DNA of 64,000 bases from Fidelibacterota bacterium (GCA_027251445.1 JAPNQO010000079.1:46348-110347), one strand, 5' to 3'. Numbered from the stretch's first letter, positions 21,221-31,493 are shown. Numbers and translations are program-made. Notes: generated by a model from the sequence alone, not told the origin.

Positions 21221-22621
21221 TTATTTTTTTAATAAAGCAACCGTTTCAATATGTGGAGTGTGTGGAAACATATCTACTAAGGTCATTGATTTTAATTTCC
21301 AACCAGATTTAACTAATTGAACTATATCGCGAGCTTGAGTAGTTGGGTTGCAGGAAACATATACAATCTTTTCTGCATTTAATTTTGGCAAATATTTTAC
21401 CATATCTGGGTGCATCCCAGCTCTTGGTGGATCAATAATGACTATATTTGGTTTTGGAATCTTTTTTGGTAATTGACCTGATTTAAAAAATGTATCAAGA
21501 TTTGCTTTAAGGAATTGAATATTTTTTATACCGTTACGATCTGAATTTATTTCTGCATCATCTAAGGCAGACCTTATTACTTCAAATCCATAAACGTACT
21601 TTGCATTATCAGCAAGATAAAGTCCAATCGTACCCGTACCGCAGTATAAATCATAAACAATCTCTTTACCAGTAAGACCTGAAGCCTTCTTAACTTCTTC
21701 ATAGAGGGTTTCACCCTGTGAAGTGTTTGTCTGAAAAAAAGAATTTGCTGATATATCAAAAACTAGATCTCCTATTTTTTCTTGAATAAATGGTTCTCCA
21801 TATAAAAGAGTTTCATATTCTCCAAAAGCAACATCTGATTTTCGTGTATTCACATTATTTACTAGTGAAGTTATTTCAGGTATTTGTTCAAGTAGAGTGT
21901 CAATTAATGGAGAGAGCTTATTAATATCATCATATGCTGTAACAATATTTATCATTAAATGTCCTGTATTAATGCCAAATCTCAGTACTAAATACCGTAA
22001 AAACCCAACATGGGTTTTAGGATCATAAGGCACTAGCTTAGGATTTTCTAGACAAACCTTTCTTGATATTGAGAGAATTTTATTCCCAATCTTGGGCTGA
22101 ATATGACATTCGTTAATATCTAATATCTTATCAAAACGCCCAGGAACATGTAATCCTAGTGCGAAAGACCTGTGTACCCCCTCAGGCTCAGATGAAAGCA
22201 CCCATCGATTTGGTGAGAAAGTAAATTCCATTTTATTACGATAATGATAAATTGGATCCGCACCTTTTATTTCATCTAATTTAAATTCTGATAATCCGCC
22301 TAGTCTATTAAATATATCCTCAACTTGTTCAGCTTTCTCTTTTAGTTGTTCAGGGTAAGATAATTTTTGATTCTTACTGCATATCCAATAATGGTTACAG
22401 CAAGCTTCTACCGCATTAGGGGATTCAGTAATTATTTGTAATACTCTTGCTTCTGCATATCCTTTTCTTTTTTTGTAAATACGTACAGAAACTGTTTGTC
22501 CAGGTATTGAATCTTTAACAAAAATTACAAAGTTATCTTTCCTTGCTAGACCCATTCCTCCATAGGCTAGAGATTCTATTTTTAGTTCTAGCTCAGCACC
22601 TTTAACTACAGATTGAGACAT
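21221..22621 (-). CDS. rlmD: 23S rRNA (uracil-5)-methyltransferase with TRAM domain
   Basis: TRAM N-terminus, YRNKMEF, SFFQTN, DLYCGTG, DPPRAG, YVSCNP, DMFPHTPHIE. Confidence 0.93.
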   Translation of the reverse strand: MSQSVVKGAELELKIESLAYGGMGLARKDNFVIFVKDSIPGQTVSVRIYKKRKGYAEARVLQIITESPNAVEACCNHYWICSKNQKLSYPEQLKEKAEQVEDIFNRLGGLSEFKLDEIKGADPIYHYRNKMEFTFSPNRWVLSSEPEGVHRSFALGLHVPGRFDKILDINECHIQPKIGNKILSISRKVCLENPKLVPYDPKTHVGFLRYLVLRFGINTGHLMINIVTAYDDINKLSPLIDTLLEQIPEITSLVNNVNTRKSDVAFGEYETLLYGEPFIQEKIGDLVFDISANSFFQTNTSQGETLYEEVKKASGLTGKEIVYDLYCGTGTIGLYLADNAKYVYGFEVIRSALDDAEINSDRNGIKNIQFLKANLDTFFKSGQLPKKIPKPNIVIIDPPRAGMHPDMVKYLPKLNAEKIVYVSCNPTTQARDIVQLVKSGWKLKSMTLVDMFPHTPHIETVALLKK

Positions 22622-22636
22622 TAAAAAACTTAGCTT

Positions 22637-23500
22637 TTAATAACCTATAGGATGCCAGGTCGTTTTGATTTCTTGGCAATCCATTATTAAGTAAGGATCT
22701 TGTGAATCAGGATTCGTCCAATTAATTGAGCTATAATCAAAAGCTCTCTTAACATTTAACGAAGAATTTTTTACAATTAATTCAGCATCTTTAGAGTCTA
22801 CACCACAATTTATTATTGCATTAACATCCATATGAGAAGAAAAATGATCAATTAATTCATTACTTAATCCGCTTAATATATTAATTACACCACTGGGGAC
22901 ATCTGATGAATGCAATACTTCAGAAAAAGATATTGCACATAGGGGGTTATCCTCAGGCGCAAGAACTACAACAGTATTTCCTCCGACAATAGCAGGTGCG
23001 ATTACAGATATAAATCCCAAAAGGTGCGAATCTTTTGGTGAAATTATTGAAACTACACCTGTAGGTTCTGGATAAGAAAAATTATAGTACGGGGTAGCCA
23101 CTGGATTTACCCTGCTAAAAATTTGCTGATATTTATCAGACCATCCAGCATAATACACTAAACGATTAATTGACATTTCCACTTCTTCTTTAGATAGTTT
23201 TTTACTTTTTCCTTGAAGGATTAATTCAGAAATAAATTGCTCTTTTCTACTATCCAACATTTCTGCAATACGATATAATATTTGTCCTCTATTATATCCT
23301 GAAAAACTATTCCATTTATTAAATGCGCTTCGTGAAACTTGAACAGCATTTCTAAAATCTTTTCTTGAAGCACGGCAAAAATTTATTGTTTGATTATTTT
23401 TTGGACTTATCCATTGCATATACCTACCGGATTCAGTTCGACAAAACTTTCCATCTATATACAGTTTATATGTTTTTTTAATATGTAATTTTTTAGTCAT
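22637..23500 (-). CDS. Truncated aldehyde dehydrogenase-family protein (Rossmann part only)
   Basis: KTYKLYIDGKF, NRGQILYRIAEML, YYAGWSDK, EPTGVV; lacks ELGGK and the catalytic Cys domain. Confidence 0.85.
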   Translation of the reverse strand: MTKKLHIKKTYKLYIDGKFCRTESGRYMQWISPKNNQTINFCRASRKDFRNAVQVSRSAFNKWNSFSGYNRGQILYRIAEMLDSRKEQFISELILQGKSKKLSKEEVEMSINRLVYYAGWSDKYQQIFSRVNPVATPYYNFSYPEPTGVVSIISPKDSHLLGFISVIAPAIVGGNTVVVLAPEDNPLCAISFSEVLHSSDVPSGVINILSGLSNELIDHFSSHMDVNAIINCGVDSKDAELIVKNSSLNVKRAFDYSSINWTNPDSQDPYLIMDCQEIKTTWHPIGY

Positions 23501-23504
23501 TTAA

Positions 23505-24989
23505 CTATAAAGTTCTATTATCAAAATTAACATATGGAGCCAGGCCCTCTAACCCACCTTCTCTGTGAATTCCACTTTCTTTATAACCTCCAAAAGGTGA
23601 AGCAGGGTCAAATTTATTAAAAGTATTCGCCCATATTACTCCAGCTCGCATTTTTTTAGATACTTGAAATATTTTTGAACCTTTATCCGTCCATATACCT
23701 CCAGATAATCCATATGGTGTATTGTTAGCTTTATCAATCACCTCATCTATTGTCCGAAATGTTTGAATTGCTAAAACTGGGCCAAAAATTTCTTCTTGGA
23801 CAATTCTATGTGATTGACTGGTGTCTGTAAAAAGAGTTGGAGCACACCAGTAACCCTTTTTTGGTATAGTATGTTTTGATTGATAAAAATCCCCACCCTC
23901 TTTTTTTCCAATATCCAAATACATATTAATTTTTTTCAGTTGTTCATTGGAATTAATAGCACCTATATCAGTATTTTTATCTAATGGATCACCTAATATC
24001 AAGTGATCCATCCGATCCTTTAATTTTGATATTATTTGACTTGAGACACTTTCTTGAACATACAATCTAGACCCTGCACAGCACACATGGCCCTGATTAA
24101 AGAATATACTATTAATTATTCCTTCTACCGCTTGATCAATTGATGCGTCTTCACAAATTATATTTGCGGCCTTTCCTCCTAACTCTAGAGAATATTTCTT
24201 TTTTGAATTAGCAATAGATTTGATTATCATTTTACCTACTTCAGTTGATCCAGTAAATGCAATTTTATCTACGTTAGGATTGTTTACTAATAATTCACCT
24301 GTAGCACCATCACCAGTAATTATATTTACCACACCTGGGGGCAAATCGGACTCTTGAATAATTTCTGCAAGCTTTAGCGCAGTTAATGGTGTGCTTTCCG
24401 CTGGTTTTAATACAACAGTATTACCAGTAGCAAGAGCTGGTGCTATCTTCCATGCAGCCATTAATAATGGAAAATTCCATGGTATAATTTGTCCAGCAAC
24501 CCCAATTGATGAAACTTTACTTCCTGGAAAGGCATAATCAAGTTTATCCGCCCAACCTGCATAGTAAAAAAAATGCGCGGCAGCTAATGGGATATCAATA
24601 TCTCTTGATTCTCTAATAGGCTTCCCACCATCAAGAGATTCAATTACTGCTAATTCTCTTGATTTTTCCTGAATTAATCTTGCAATACGATATAAATATT
24701 TTCCTCTTTCTGCATTATCCATTTTACTCCAAATAGTATCATATGCTGACTTCGCAGCTAATACAGCTTTATTAATATCAGCTTTACCAGCTGATGCAAT
24801 TTTTGATAATATTTTCTCATTTGAGGGGTTAATAGAATTAAAATATTTTTTAGATAATGGTTTGACAAACTTCCCCCCTATAAATAACTTATATTCCTGG
24901 GAAATTGAAATATGATCTGTGCTCTCAAGTGCAACACTATAATCCCAATCAATTGAATCACTCTTTTTTACTTTGCTATTTTTAGCCAT
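23505..24989 (-). CDS. Aldehyde dehydrogenase (catalytic)
   Basis: QIIPWNFP, FTGSTEVG, LELGGK, FNQGHVCCAGSR, EEIFGPV, PFGGYKESG. Confidence 0.95.
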   Translation of the reverse strand: MAKNSKVKKSDSIDWDYSVALESTDHISISQEYKLFIGGKFVKPLSKKYFNSINPSNEKILSKIASAGKADINKAVLAAKSAYDTIWSKMDNAERGKYLYRIARLIQEKSRELAVIESLDGGKPIRESRDIDIPLAAAHFFYYAGWADKLDYAFPGSKVSSIGVAGQIIPWNFPLLMAAWKIAPALATGNTVVLKPAESTPLTALKLAEIIQESDLPPGVVNIITGDGATGELLVNNPNVDKIAFTGSTEVGKMIIKSIANSKKKYSLELGGKAANIICEDASIDQAVEGIINSIFFNQGHVCCAGSRLYVQESVSSQIISKLKDRMDHLILGDPLDKNTDIGAINSNEQLKKINMYLDIGKKEGGDFYQSKHTIPKKGYWCAPTLFTDTSQSHRIVQEEIFGPVLAIQTFRTIDEVIDKANNTPYGLSGGIWTDKGSKIFQVSKKMRAGVIWANTFNKFDPASPFGGYKESGIHREGGLEGLAPYVNFDNRTL

Positions 24990-24992
24990 AGT

Positions 24993-25886
24993 TTAATCTA
25001 ATGAAAAATAATTTGAAGATTGATAATTACCTTGATCCTGTTTTACTATTTGCATCAAAACATCATTTGCAAGAGAACTTGCGCCAAAACGAAATAGATC
25101 AGGTGTCAGCCAATCATTTCCTAGTGTTTCACGTACCATAACCAAATATTGTATAGCTAGTTTAGATTTACCTATGCCGCCTGCTGGCTTCATTCCAATT
25201 TTCTTACCTGTTTTATCAAAATAATCACGTATTGCTTCTAGCATAGTTAATACTACAACAGGTGTAGCGCTTTCACTAATCTTCCCAGTAGAGGTCTTAA
25301 TAAAATCTGCTCCTGAATGCATAGCTAATTCGCTTGCCTTTCTTACATTATCTAAAGTACAAAGTTCTCCTGTTTCAAGTATAACCTTGAGTTTTGCTCT
25401 ACCGCAAGCTGTCTTTACTTTTGCTATTTCATCAGAAACATAGTTCAATTCACCGCTAAGGAAATGCCCTCTTGAAATAACCATATCAACTTCTTCGGCT
25501 CCTTCTTCTACTACAAATTTTACTTCTTCTATTTTAGAATTTAAATTAGTCATTCCACTTGGGAATCCAGTAGCTACTGATGCGGTTTTAATATTTGTTC
25601 TTTCTAAAGATTTTTTAGCTATTGCTACCATACTTGGATAAACACATATTGCGGCAACTTTTGGCAATCCAGGATGTTTATCATGTAAATGTGCAGCTTT
25701 ATAACATAACTGCTTTACTTTCCCTGAAGAGTCTCTTCCTTCTAGAGTAGTAAGGTCTATCATACTTAAAACTGTATTCAACGCCCATATTTTTGATTCT
25801 TTTTTAATACTCCTTGAAAAGATTCTATCAACTCGTTCTTTACAACCAACTTGATCTATTGTAGTGTTATAAACCATATATATCAA
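24993..25886 (-). CDS. deoC: Deoxyribose-phosphate aldolase (long, eukaryote-DERA-like type)
   Basis: IDLTTLEG, SVATGFPSG, LKVILETGEL, DFIKTSTGK, KPAGGI, FRFGASSL. Confidence 0.95.
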   Translation of the reverse strand: MIYMVYNTTIDQVGCKERVDRIFSRSIKKESKIWALNTVLSMIDLTTLEGRDSSGKVKQLCYKAAHLHDKHPGLPKVAAICVYPSMVAIAKKSLERTNIKTASVATGFPSGMTNLNSKIEEVKFVVEEGAEEVDMVISRGHFLSGELNYVSDEIAKVKTACGRAKLKVILETGELCTLDNVRKASELAMHSGADFIKTSTGKISESATPVVVLTMLEAIRDYFDKTGKKIGMKPAGGIGKSKLAIQYLVMVRETLGNDWLTPDLFRFGASSLANDVLMQIVKQDQGNYQSSNYFSLD

Positions 25887-27230
25887 TTACTTATCTATAA
25901 ATAATTTTACTTTTTTTATTAAATCTTGAGCTATTGTTTTATCTTTTGCTTCTGCATATATACGAACAATTGGCTCCGTGTTAGATTTGCGTAAATGAAT
26001 CCATTTATCTTTCCATATAAATTTTGTTCCATCTTCAATATTTATTTTTGCATCTTCAAAAATGTTTTTTGAATATGAGATTAAATCATCTAAATCATTA
26101 CTAGAAAGTTCTATTTTATCTTTCACAATAACAAATTGGGGCAATCCCAAAAAAATATCATGAATACTCTCATCTGTTTGAGCCAGACGGTTTAAAACTA
26201 ATGCGCAGGCTACAAGTGAATCTCTACCAAGATGAGATTCCTTTAATATTACTCCACCATTTCCTTCTCCCCCTAATTCAGCTCCTATTTCTATCATTTT
26301 TTCAACCACATTAATTTCGCCTACAGCTGTGCTAATTACTTTACAATCATTCTTGTTAGCTATTTTTTCTAATATCATAGAAGTTGATAGGTTAATTACA
26401 AAAGTTTCTTTTGATTTTTTTTGCCTGATATATCCATCAGCAGCTAGTGCTAAGGTGTATTCATCGCCAATTGGCTTGCCCATATTTGACACTACTGCTA
26501 AACGATCTGCATCTGGATCAAGAGCGAGCCCAATATCTGCATTTGTTTTTTTAACAGTATCACTCAACATTTCTAGATTATTCGCCAGAGGTTCCGGCCC
26601 TCTAACAAAGTCACCGCTAGGATCACAATTAATCCGAATAACTTCACAATTTAACGTTTCGAGAAGCTGAGGCACAGCATCATATCCTGCCCCATTAACT
26701 GCATCTACAACTACTATAAATTTCTTTTTTCGTATTTGACTTAAATTAATACAACTTAATCCAATTATATTAATAATATGCTTTTGAACAGCATTTACAT
26801 CTTGAAGTATCTCGCCTAATTCATCTTTTTTATTAAGATTATTTGTTTTATCCATTTTTGAAAAAAGTTTATGACATTCATTTGGTCGGAAAAAAGTCCC
26901 ATCATTTCTAATAAACTTAAACCCATTCCATTCTATTGGATTATGGCTAGCAGTAATAACTATACCACCCTGAGCTTCAGTTGTTTGTACCATGTACTGA
27001 ATAGTAGGTGTAGGCGCAATTCCTAATGAAATAACATTTCTACCGCATTTTCGTAATTGATCTGAAACATTTTCTAATATCTCTTCTCCAGAAGGACGTG
27101 TATCACGACAAATCATTATAACTCCATCTGGAATAAGCTGATTAATTGCAATAGCAAAATCACGACATAATTTTAATGTCAAATCAGAATTGACTAAACC
27201 TCGGATTCCAGAAATACTGCGTATCAACAT
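25887..27230 (-). CDS. glmM: Alpha-D-phosphohexomutase (phosphoglucosamine mutase-like)
   Basis: SISGIRG, TASHNP phosphoserine loop, DPDADR metal loop, GEGNGG, RKSNTEPIVRIYAE. Confidence 0.85.
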   Translation of the reverse strand: MLIRSISGIRGLVNSDLTLKLCRDFAIAINQLIPDGVIMICRDTRPSGEEILENVSDQLRKCGRNVISLGIAPTPTIQYMVQTTEAQGGIVITASHNPIEWNGFKFIRNDGTFFRPNECHKLFSKMDKTNNLNKKDELGEILQDVNAVQKHIINIIGLSCINLSQIRKKKFIVVVDAVNGAGYDAVPQLLETLNCEVIRINCDPSGDFVRGPEPLANNLEMLSDTVKKTNADIGLALDPDADRLAVVSNMGKPIGDEYTLALAADGYIRQKKSKETFVINLSTSMILEKIANKNDCKVISTAVGEINVVEKMIEIGAELGGEGNGGVILKESHLGRDSLVACALVLNRLAQTDESIHDIFLGLPQFVIVKDKIELSSNDLDDLISYSKNIFEDAKINIEDGTKFIWKDKWIHLRKSNTEPIVRIYAEAKDKTIAQDLIKKVKLFIDK

Positions 27231-27242
27231 ATTATAAAATAA

Positions 27243-27273
27243 AAAAGGTTCGGGAATAAGTCCCGAACCTTTT
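27243..27273 (-). terminator. Rho-independent terminator after rpsU
   Basis: 13-bp stem AAAAGGTTCGGGA/TCCCGAACCTTTT with 5-nt loop; U-tract on the minus strand. Confidence 0.85.
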
Positions 27274-27301
27274 CATTATCTTTAAAATTAAGTTATTTGA
27301 C

Positions 27302-27490
27302 TTAGTAATGAGATGTTCTTGTAATTCGTCTAGCAGCTTTTTTTCTTTCTGCACGTTTTCTTTCACTAGGTTTTACATAATACGCTTTTTGTCGCACTTC
27401 TCGTAAAATTCCAGCTCTTTCCCATTTCTTTTTAAAACGTCTTAAAGCACGTTCTAATGGTTCACCATCTCTTACAGTTACTTCAACCAA
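27302..27490 (-). CDS. rpsU: 30S ribosomal protein S21
   Basis: EPLERALRRFKK...GILREVR...YVKPSERKR. Confidence 0.95.
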   Translation of the reverse strand: MVEVTVRDGEPLERALRRFKKKWERAGILREVRQKAYYVKPSERKRAERKKAARRITRTSHY

Positions 27491-27515
27491 TTTTAATTCA
27501 CCTCCCTTAAAAGGA

Positions 27516-28370
27516 TTATCCTAAATAGTTTCTTAAAGTTTTACTACGAGAACGATGTCTTAAACGACGAATCGCTTTTTCTTTAATTTGCCTAACACGT
27601 TCGCGTGTAAGATTAAACTCTTCTCCTATTTCATTGAGTGTAAGAGCATAATCCCGCTCAATACCAAAATACATTTTAATTACCATTCTCTCTCTATCTT
27701 TAAGAGTATCAAGAGAATTACGAATTTCATCTTTTAATGAATCATTCATTAAAGGCGTATCTGGCTCTAATTGGTTTTCATCTTTTATTATATCAATTAG
27801 TGAGTTTTTATCTCCATCTCTAAATGGAGCATTTAATGATTGGTGTCTTCTTGAAATTCTCATAGCATCTATAACTTCATCAGGAGTCATATTTAATTGT
27901 CTACCAATTTCTTTTTCATTTGGAGAACGTTCAATTTCTGCTTCAAGCTTTTCAGCAGTTTTAGTAATCTTACTAATTGTTCCAACACGGTTCAAAGGTA
28001 AGCGTACAATTCTAGAATGCTCTGCAAGAGCTTGAAGAATAGATTGTCTTATCCACCAAACTGCATATGATATAAATTTAAATCCTCTAGTCTCATCGAA
28101 CCTGCCAGCAGCTTTAATCAATCCAAGATTTCCCTCATTAATTAAATCTGTTAAAGGTAATCCTTGCCCTTGATAATCTTTAGCTACTGATACAACAAAA
28201 CGTAAATTAGCCTTAACAAGTTCTTCCAATGCAGTGTGGTTTCCTTGTTTGATTTTTATCGCAAGCTCTACTTCTCTATCGGGCTTTAGCGGTTCAAAAT
28301 CACCGATTTCTTCAAGATATCTGCTTAAGCTACGATTAGATTCATTTACGGTTCTTCCAGTTTTTGCCAT
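27516..28370 (-). CDS. rpoD: RNA polymerase sigma-70 factor, short FCB-type RpoD lacking region 1.1
   Basis: [47 protein letters not shown]. Confidence 0.9.
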   Translation of the reverse strand: MAKTGRTVNESNRSLSRYLEEIGDFEPLKPDREVELAIKIKQGNHTALEELVKANLRFVVSVAKDYQGQGLPLTDLINEGNLGLIKAAGRFDETRGFKFISYAVWWIRQSILQALAEHSRIVRLPLNRVGTISKITKTAEKLEAEIERSPNEKEIGRQLNMTPDEVIDAMRISRRHQSLNAPFRDGDKNSLIDIIKDENQLEPDTPLMNDSLKDEIRNSLDTLKDRERMVIKMYFGIERDYALTLNEIGEEFNLTRERVRQIKEKAIRRLRHRSRSKTLRNYLG

Positions 28371-28404
28371 TTATACCTCGTACTTATTATTCTAGATTAG
28401 CCAA

Positions 28405-28437
28405 CAAAGTTACACTATTTAATATATATGACTCAAG
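28405..28437 (-). promoter_or_regulatory. Putative promoter of the sigma factor gene: CTTG-N21-TAACTTTG
   Basis: Matches the Bacteroidetes -33/-7 consensus TTTG-N19-21-TAnnTTTG (one mismatch at -33). Confidence 0.5.
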
Positions 28438-28456
28438 GATCGTGTTTAAAAACTTT

Positions 28457-29218
28457 TTATTCAATCATTGAGGCAAATTCTTCAATAGTTAGAGTCTCTG
28501 GGCGACGAGAGAAATTAATTCTTTCAGTAATTTGATCCGAAAACTCCCAACTTTTTAATGAATTTTTAAGCATCTTTCTTCTTTGATTGAATGAAGCTGA
28601 TACAATTTTATTAAACTTAATATATTTATTATCATCTATAAGGGGGGTTGGCTTTTTTGTTAAATGAATAAATGCAGAATCCACTTTTGGCTTGGGAATA
28701 AAAACATCAGGAGGAATTATGAATTTAGATTTTATGTCTATATAGGCTCCTACCATAACAGTTAATCTTCCATAAGATTTTGTCGATACCTTTGCAACTA
28801 ATCGATTTGCTACTTCTTTTTGTACCATTAAAAACGCATCTTCCCAATAATCTAATTGTTCAATTAACCAAAAAATTATTGGTGTGGTAATATTATATGG
28901 AATATTACCAATTACTCTAACTGGATTAGTAATTGGCAATTCATTTATATCATAAAATAAAACATCTCCTTTAATTACATTTAAATTTTTTAATAACTCA
29001 TGATTCTTAAGCTTATCAATTAATAAAGGGTCTATTTCTACTCCTATCATTTCTTTAACTTCAGGAAATATTTTTTCAGTTAATGCACCCTCCCCTGGTC
29101 CAATTTCTAAAATACAATTATCAGGTTTTGGATTAATTGTATGTGCTATTTTTTTTAATAGATTGTTATCTACTAAAAAATTTTGGCCCCATTTTTTTCT
29201 AAATGGGTGTTTCATCAA
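28457..29218 (-). CDS. rsmA: 16S rRNA dimethyladenosine transferase
   Basis: KKWGQNFL, LEIGPGEG, GNIPYNIT, PKPKVDS, QRRKML. Confidence 0.95.
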   Translation of the reverse strand: MMKHPFRKKWGQNFLVDNNLLKKIAHTINPKPDNCILEIGPGEGALTEKIFPEVKEMIGVEIDPLLIDKLKNHELLKNLNVIKGDVLFYDINELPITNPVRVIGNIPYNITTPIIFWLIEQLDYWEDAFLMVQKEVANRLVAKVSTKSYGRLTVMVGAYIDIKSKFIIPPDVFIPKPKVDSAFIHLTKKPTPLIDDNKYIKFNKIVSASFNQRRKMLKNSLKSWEFSDQITERINFSRRPETLTIEEFASMIE

Positions 29219-29970
29219 ATAGAAAATAAATTATTTATGTTTTCTGTTGTTTTCTTAGCAATTAATTCAAAAGAAACATTATGTATTTCAGCCAATTTCT
29301 CTGCAACATATCTTGTCCTTCCAGGTTCATTAACCTTTCCACGAAATGGTTCAGGGCTTAAATAGGGTGAATCCGTCTCAACTAATAATCTATCTAAGGG
29401 TAGATATTTTGCAACGCTTGGTAGTGTGCTATTCTTAAAGGTTAGATTTCCAGAAAATGAAATATAATACCCCATGTCTAATAATTTTTTTGCCGTGGTG
29501 AGTGTTGATGAAAAACAATGTGATACACCGATTACATTTGGATAACTAGACAATATATCAAGTATGTCATTATCTGCTTCTCGATTATGAAAAATTACTG
29601 GTTTATTAATTTTATCTGCTAAAGCTAATAACTCATGAAAAATTTTAATCTGATTTTTCTTTGGAGAAATATTTCTATAATAATCCAAACCGATTTCGCC
29701 AACCGCAATCATCTTATCTGATCTCATCATTGTTTCAATTTGCTGAATATAATCTACACCAACATCTTTAGCATCATGCGGATGCACACCAGCAGAACAA
29801 AATACATTATCATATTTCTCTGCAATATCAAGAGATTGTGCTGAATCATGTATATTAGTACCCACACAAATAAATCGATTTACACCCAATTGTTTTGAAC
29901 GATCAAAAATATTTTCTATATCATTTTGTATTTCATCATAGAAAAGATGGCAATGGCTATCGGTTAACAT
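29215..29970 (-). CDS. tatD: TatD family hydrolase
   Basis: DSHCHL, GVHPH, GEIGLDY, HCFS, ETDSPYL. Confidence 0.93.
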   Translation of the reverse strand: MLTDSHCHLFYDEIQNDIENIFDRSKQLGVNRFICVGTNIHDSAQSLDIAEKYDNVFCSAGVHPHDAKDVGVDYIQQIETMMRSDKMIAVGEIGLDYYRNISPKKNQIKIFHELLALADKINKPVIFHNREADNDILDILSSYPNVIGVSHCFSSTLTTAKKLLDMGYYISFSGNLTFKNSTLPSVAKYLPLDRLLVETDSPYLSPEPFRGKVNEPGRTRYVAEKLAEIHNVSFELIAKKTTENINNLFSI

Positions 29971-29985
29971 AAAAATATTTATATT

Positions 29986-31476
29986 TTATTGAATGCGGGG
30001 AAATAGTGTTTCATGATCATTCAACTTTACTCCTGGTTTTAATCCTCCCCATTCTAATGACTTTCCAGAATTAAATGTATGCAGTACCTCTGCACACCTA
30101 TTAGGCATAACAGGTGATAATAAAATGGTAGCAACACGCATTGATTCTCCAGCTGTATATAGTACGGTTCCAGCTCCTACTTTATCTTCTTTAACAAGCT
30201 TCCATGGCTTTTGTTCTTCCATGTACTTGTTTATACTTCTTACAAATTTCATTATATCTTCAATGGAATCATTAATTTTCATTTCTTTAATCTTATTACT
30301 CATACCATTTAATAATGCTTCTGCTGATTTTATAATTTCTTCCTCACTTGAAGTTTGTTCTCCTTTATCAGGAATTAAACCATCATAATTTTTCTTGATT
30401 AGAGTAGAGACTCGGTTTAATAAGTTGCCATAATCATTTGCTAGATCGCTATTATATCTCTTAATAAAAGATTCCATTGTAAAATTAGCATCTTGCCCTA
30501 AAACCATTTCTCTCATCAAATAATATCTAACGGGGTCAACACCATATTCTTCTATAAGGTCAAGAGGGTTAACTACATTTCCCACTGATTTACTCATCTT
30601 TGATGAATCACTTAACCACCAGCCATGAGCAAAAATTGTTTTTGGAAGTGGAATCCCTGCAGATAACAACATTGTTGGCCAATATACTGCATGAGTAGTT
30701 AAGATATCTTTACCGATAAGATGACAATCAGCTGGCCACCACTTATTGTAGGACAAATCATCTTCTCCATAACCAGTTGCAGTAAGATAATTAATTAATG
30801 CATCAAACCAAACATACGTTACATATTCATCGTCAAAAGGCAATTCAATACCCCAATTCAATCTTGATTTAGGTCGAGAAATACATAAATCAGATAGTGG
30901 CTGTTTTAAAAAACCGAGGATTTCATTTTTTCGATGAGCAGGCTGAATGAAATTATTATTATTTTCAATATGTTCTATCAATTGGGTTTGGAAATTGCTC
31001 ATTTTAAAAAAATAATTAATTTCTTTTAGCTCTTTTATGTCCCTAAATATTCCGCTTTCAGCTTCCTTTTCCGTTATGAACCTTTCCTCTGAAACTGAAT
31101 ATAATCCAGTATACTCATCTTTATAAATATCTCCTTTATCAAAAACAAGCTGCAAAAATTCTTGAACAACTTTTTTGTGTCTTTCTTCTGTTGTTCTTAT
31201 AAAATCATCATTTGAAATATGTAGTTTTTCCCATAACTCCGTAAAGCGTGGAGCCATTTCGTTGCAATGATCTTGTGGCTCTACTTTTCGATTACTTGCT
31301 GCTTCCTGCACCTTTTGCCCATGTTCATCTAACCCTGTTAAGAAAAAGGTGTCATAATTGAGCTGACGATAAAAACGGGCGATCACATCTGCTAATATGG
31401 TAGTATATGCATGACCTATATGTGGCTTATCATTTACGTAGTAAATCGGTGTCGATATATAGAAACTGTTATTCAT
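29986..31476 (-). CDS. metG: Methionine--tRNA ligase (short MetRS1 type)
   Basis: PHIGHAY, TGLDEHG, YVWFDAL, KMSKS. Confidence 0.96.
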   Translation of the reverse strand: MNNSFYISTPIYYVNDKPHIGHAYTTILADVIARFYRQLNYDTFFLTGLDEHGQKVQEAASNRKVEPQDHCNEMAPRFTELWEKLHISNDDFIRTTEERHKKVVQEFLQLVFDKGDIYKDEYTGLYSVSEERFITEKEAESGIFRDIKELKEINYFFKMSNFQTQLIEHIENNNNFIQPAHRKNEILGFLKQPLSDLCISRPKSRLNWGIELPFDDEYVTYVWFDALINYLTATGYGEDDLSYNKWWPADCHLIGKDILTTHAVYWPTMLLSAGIPLPKTIFAHGWWLSDSSKMSKSVGNVVNPLDLIEEYGVDPVRYYLMREMVLGQDANFTMESFIKRYNSDLANDYGNLLNRVSTLIKKNYDGLIPDKGEQTSSEEEIIKSAEALLNGMSNKIKEMKINDSIEDIMKFVRSINKYMEEQKPWKLVKEDKVGAGTVLYTAGESMRVATILLSPVMPNRCAEVLHTFNSGKSLEWGGLKPGVKLNDHETLFPRIQ

Positions 31477-31493
31477 ATAGAATCTAGTTTTAA

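Noticed and set aside
27302..28370. rpoD next to rpsU without dnaG
   Set aside because: A rearrangement of the macromolecular synthesis operon; gene-order variation here is unremarkable
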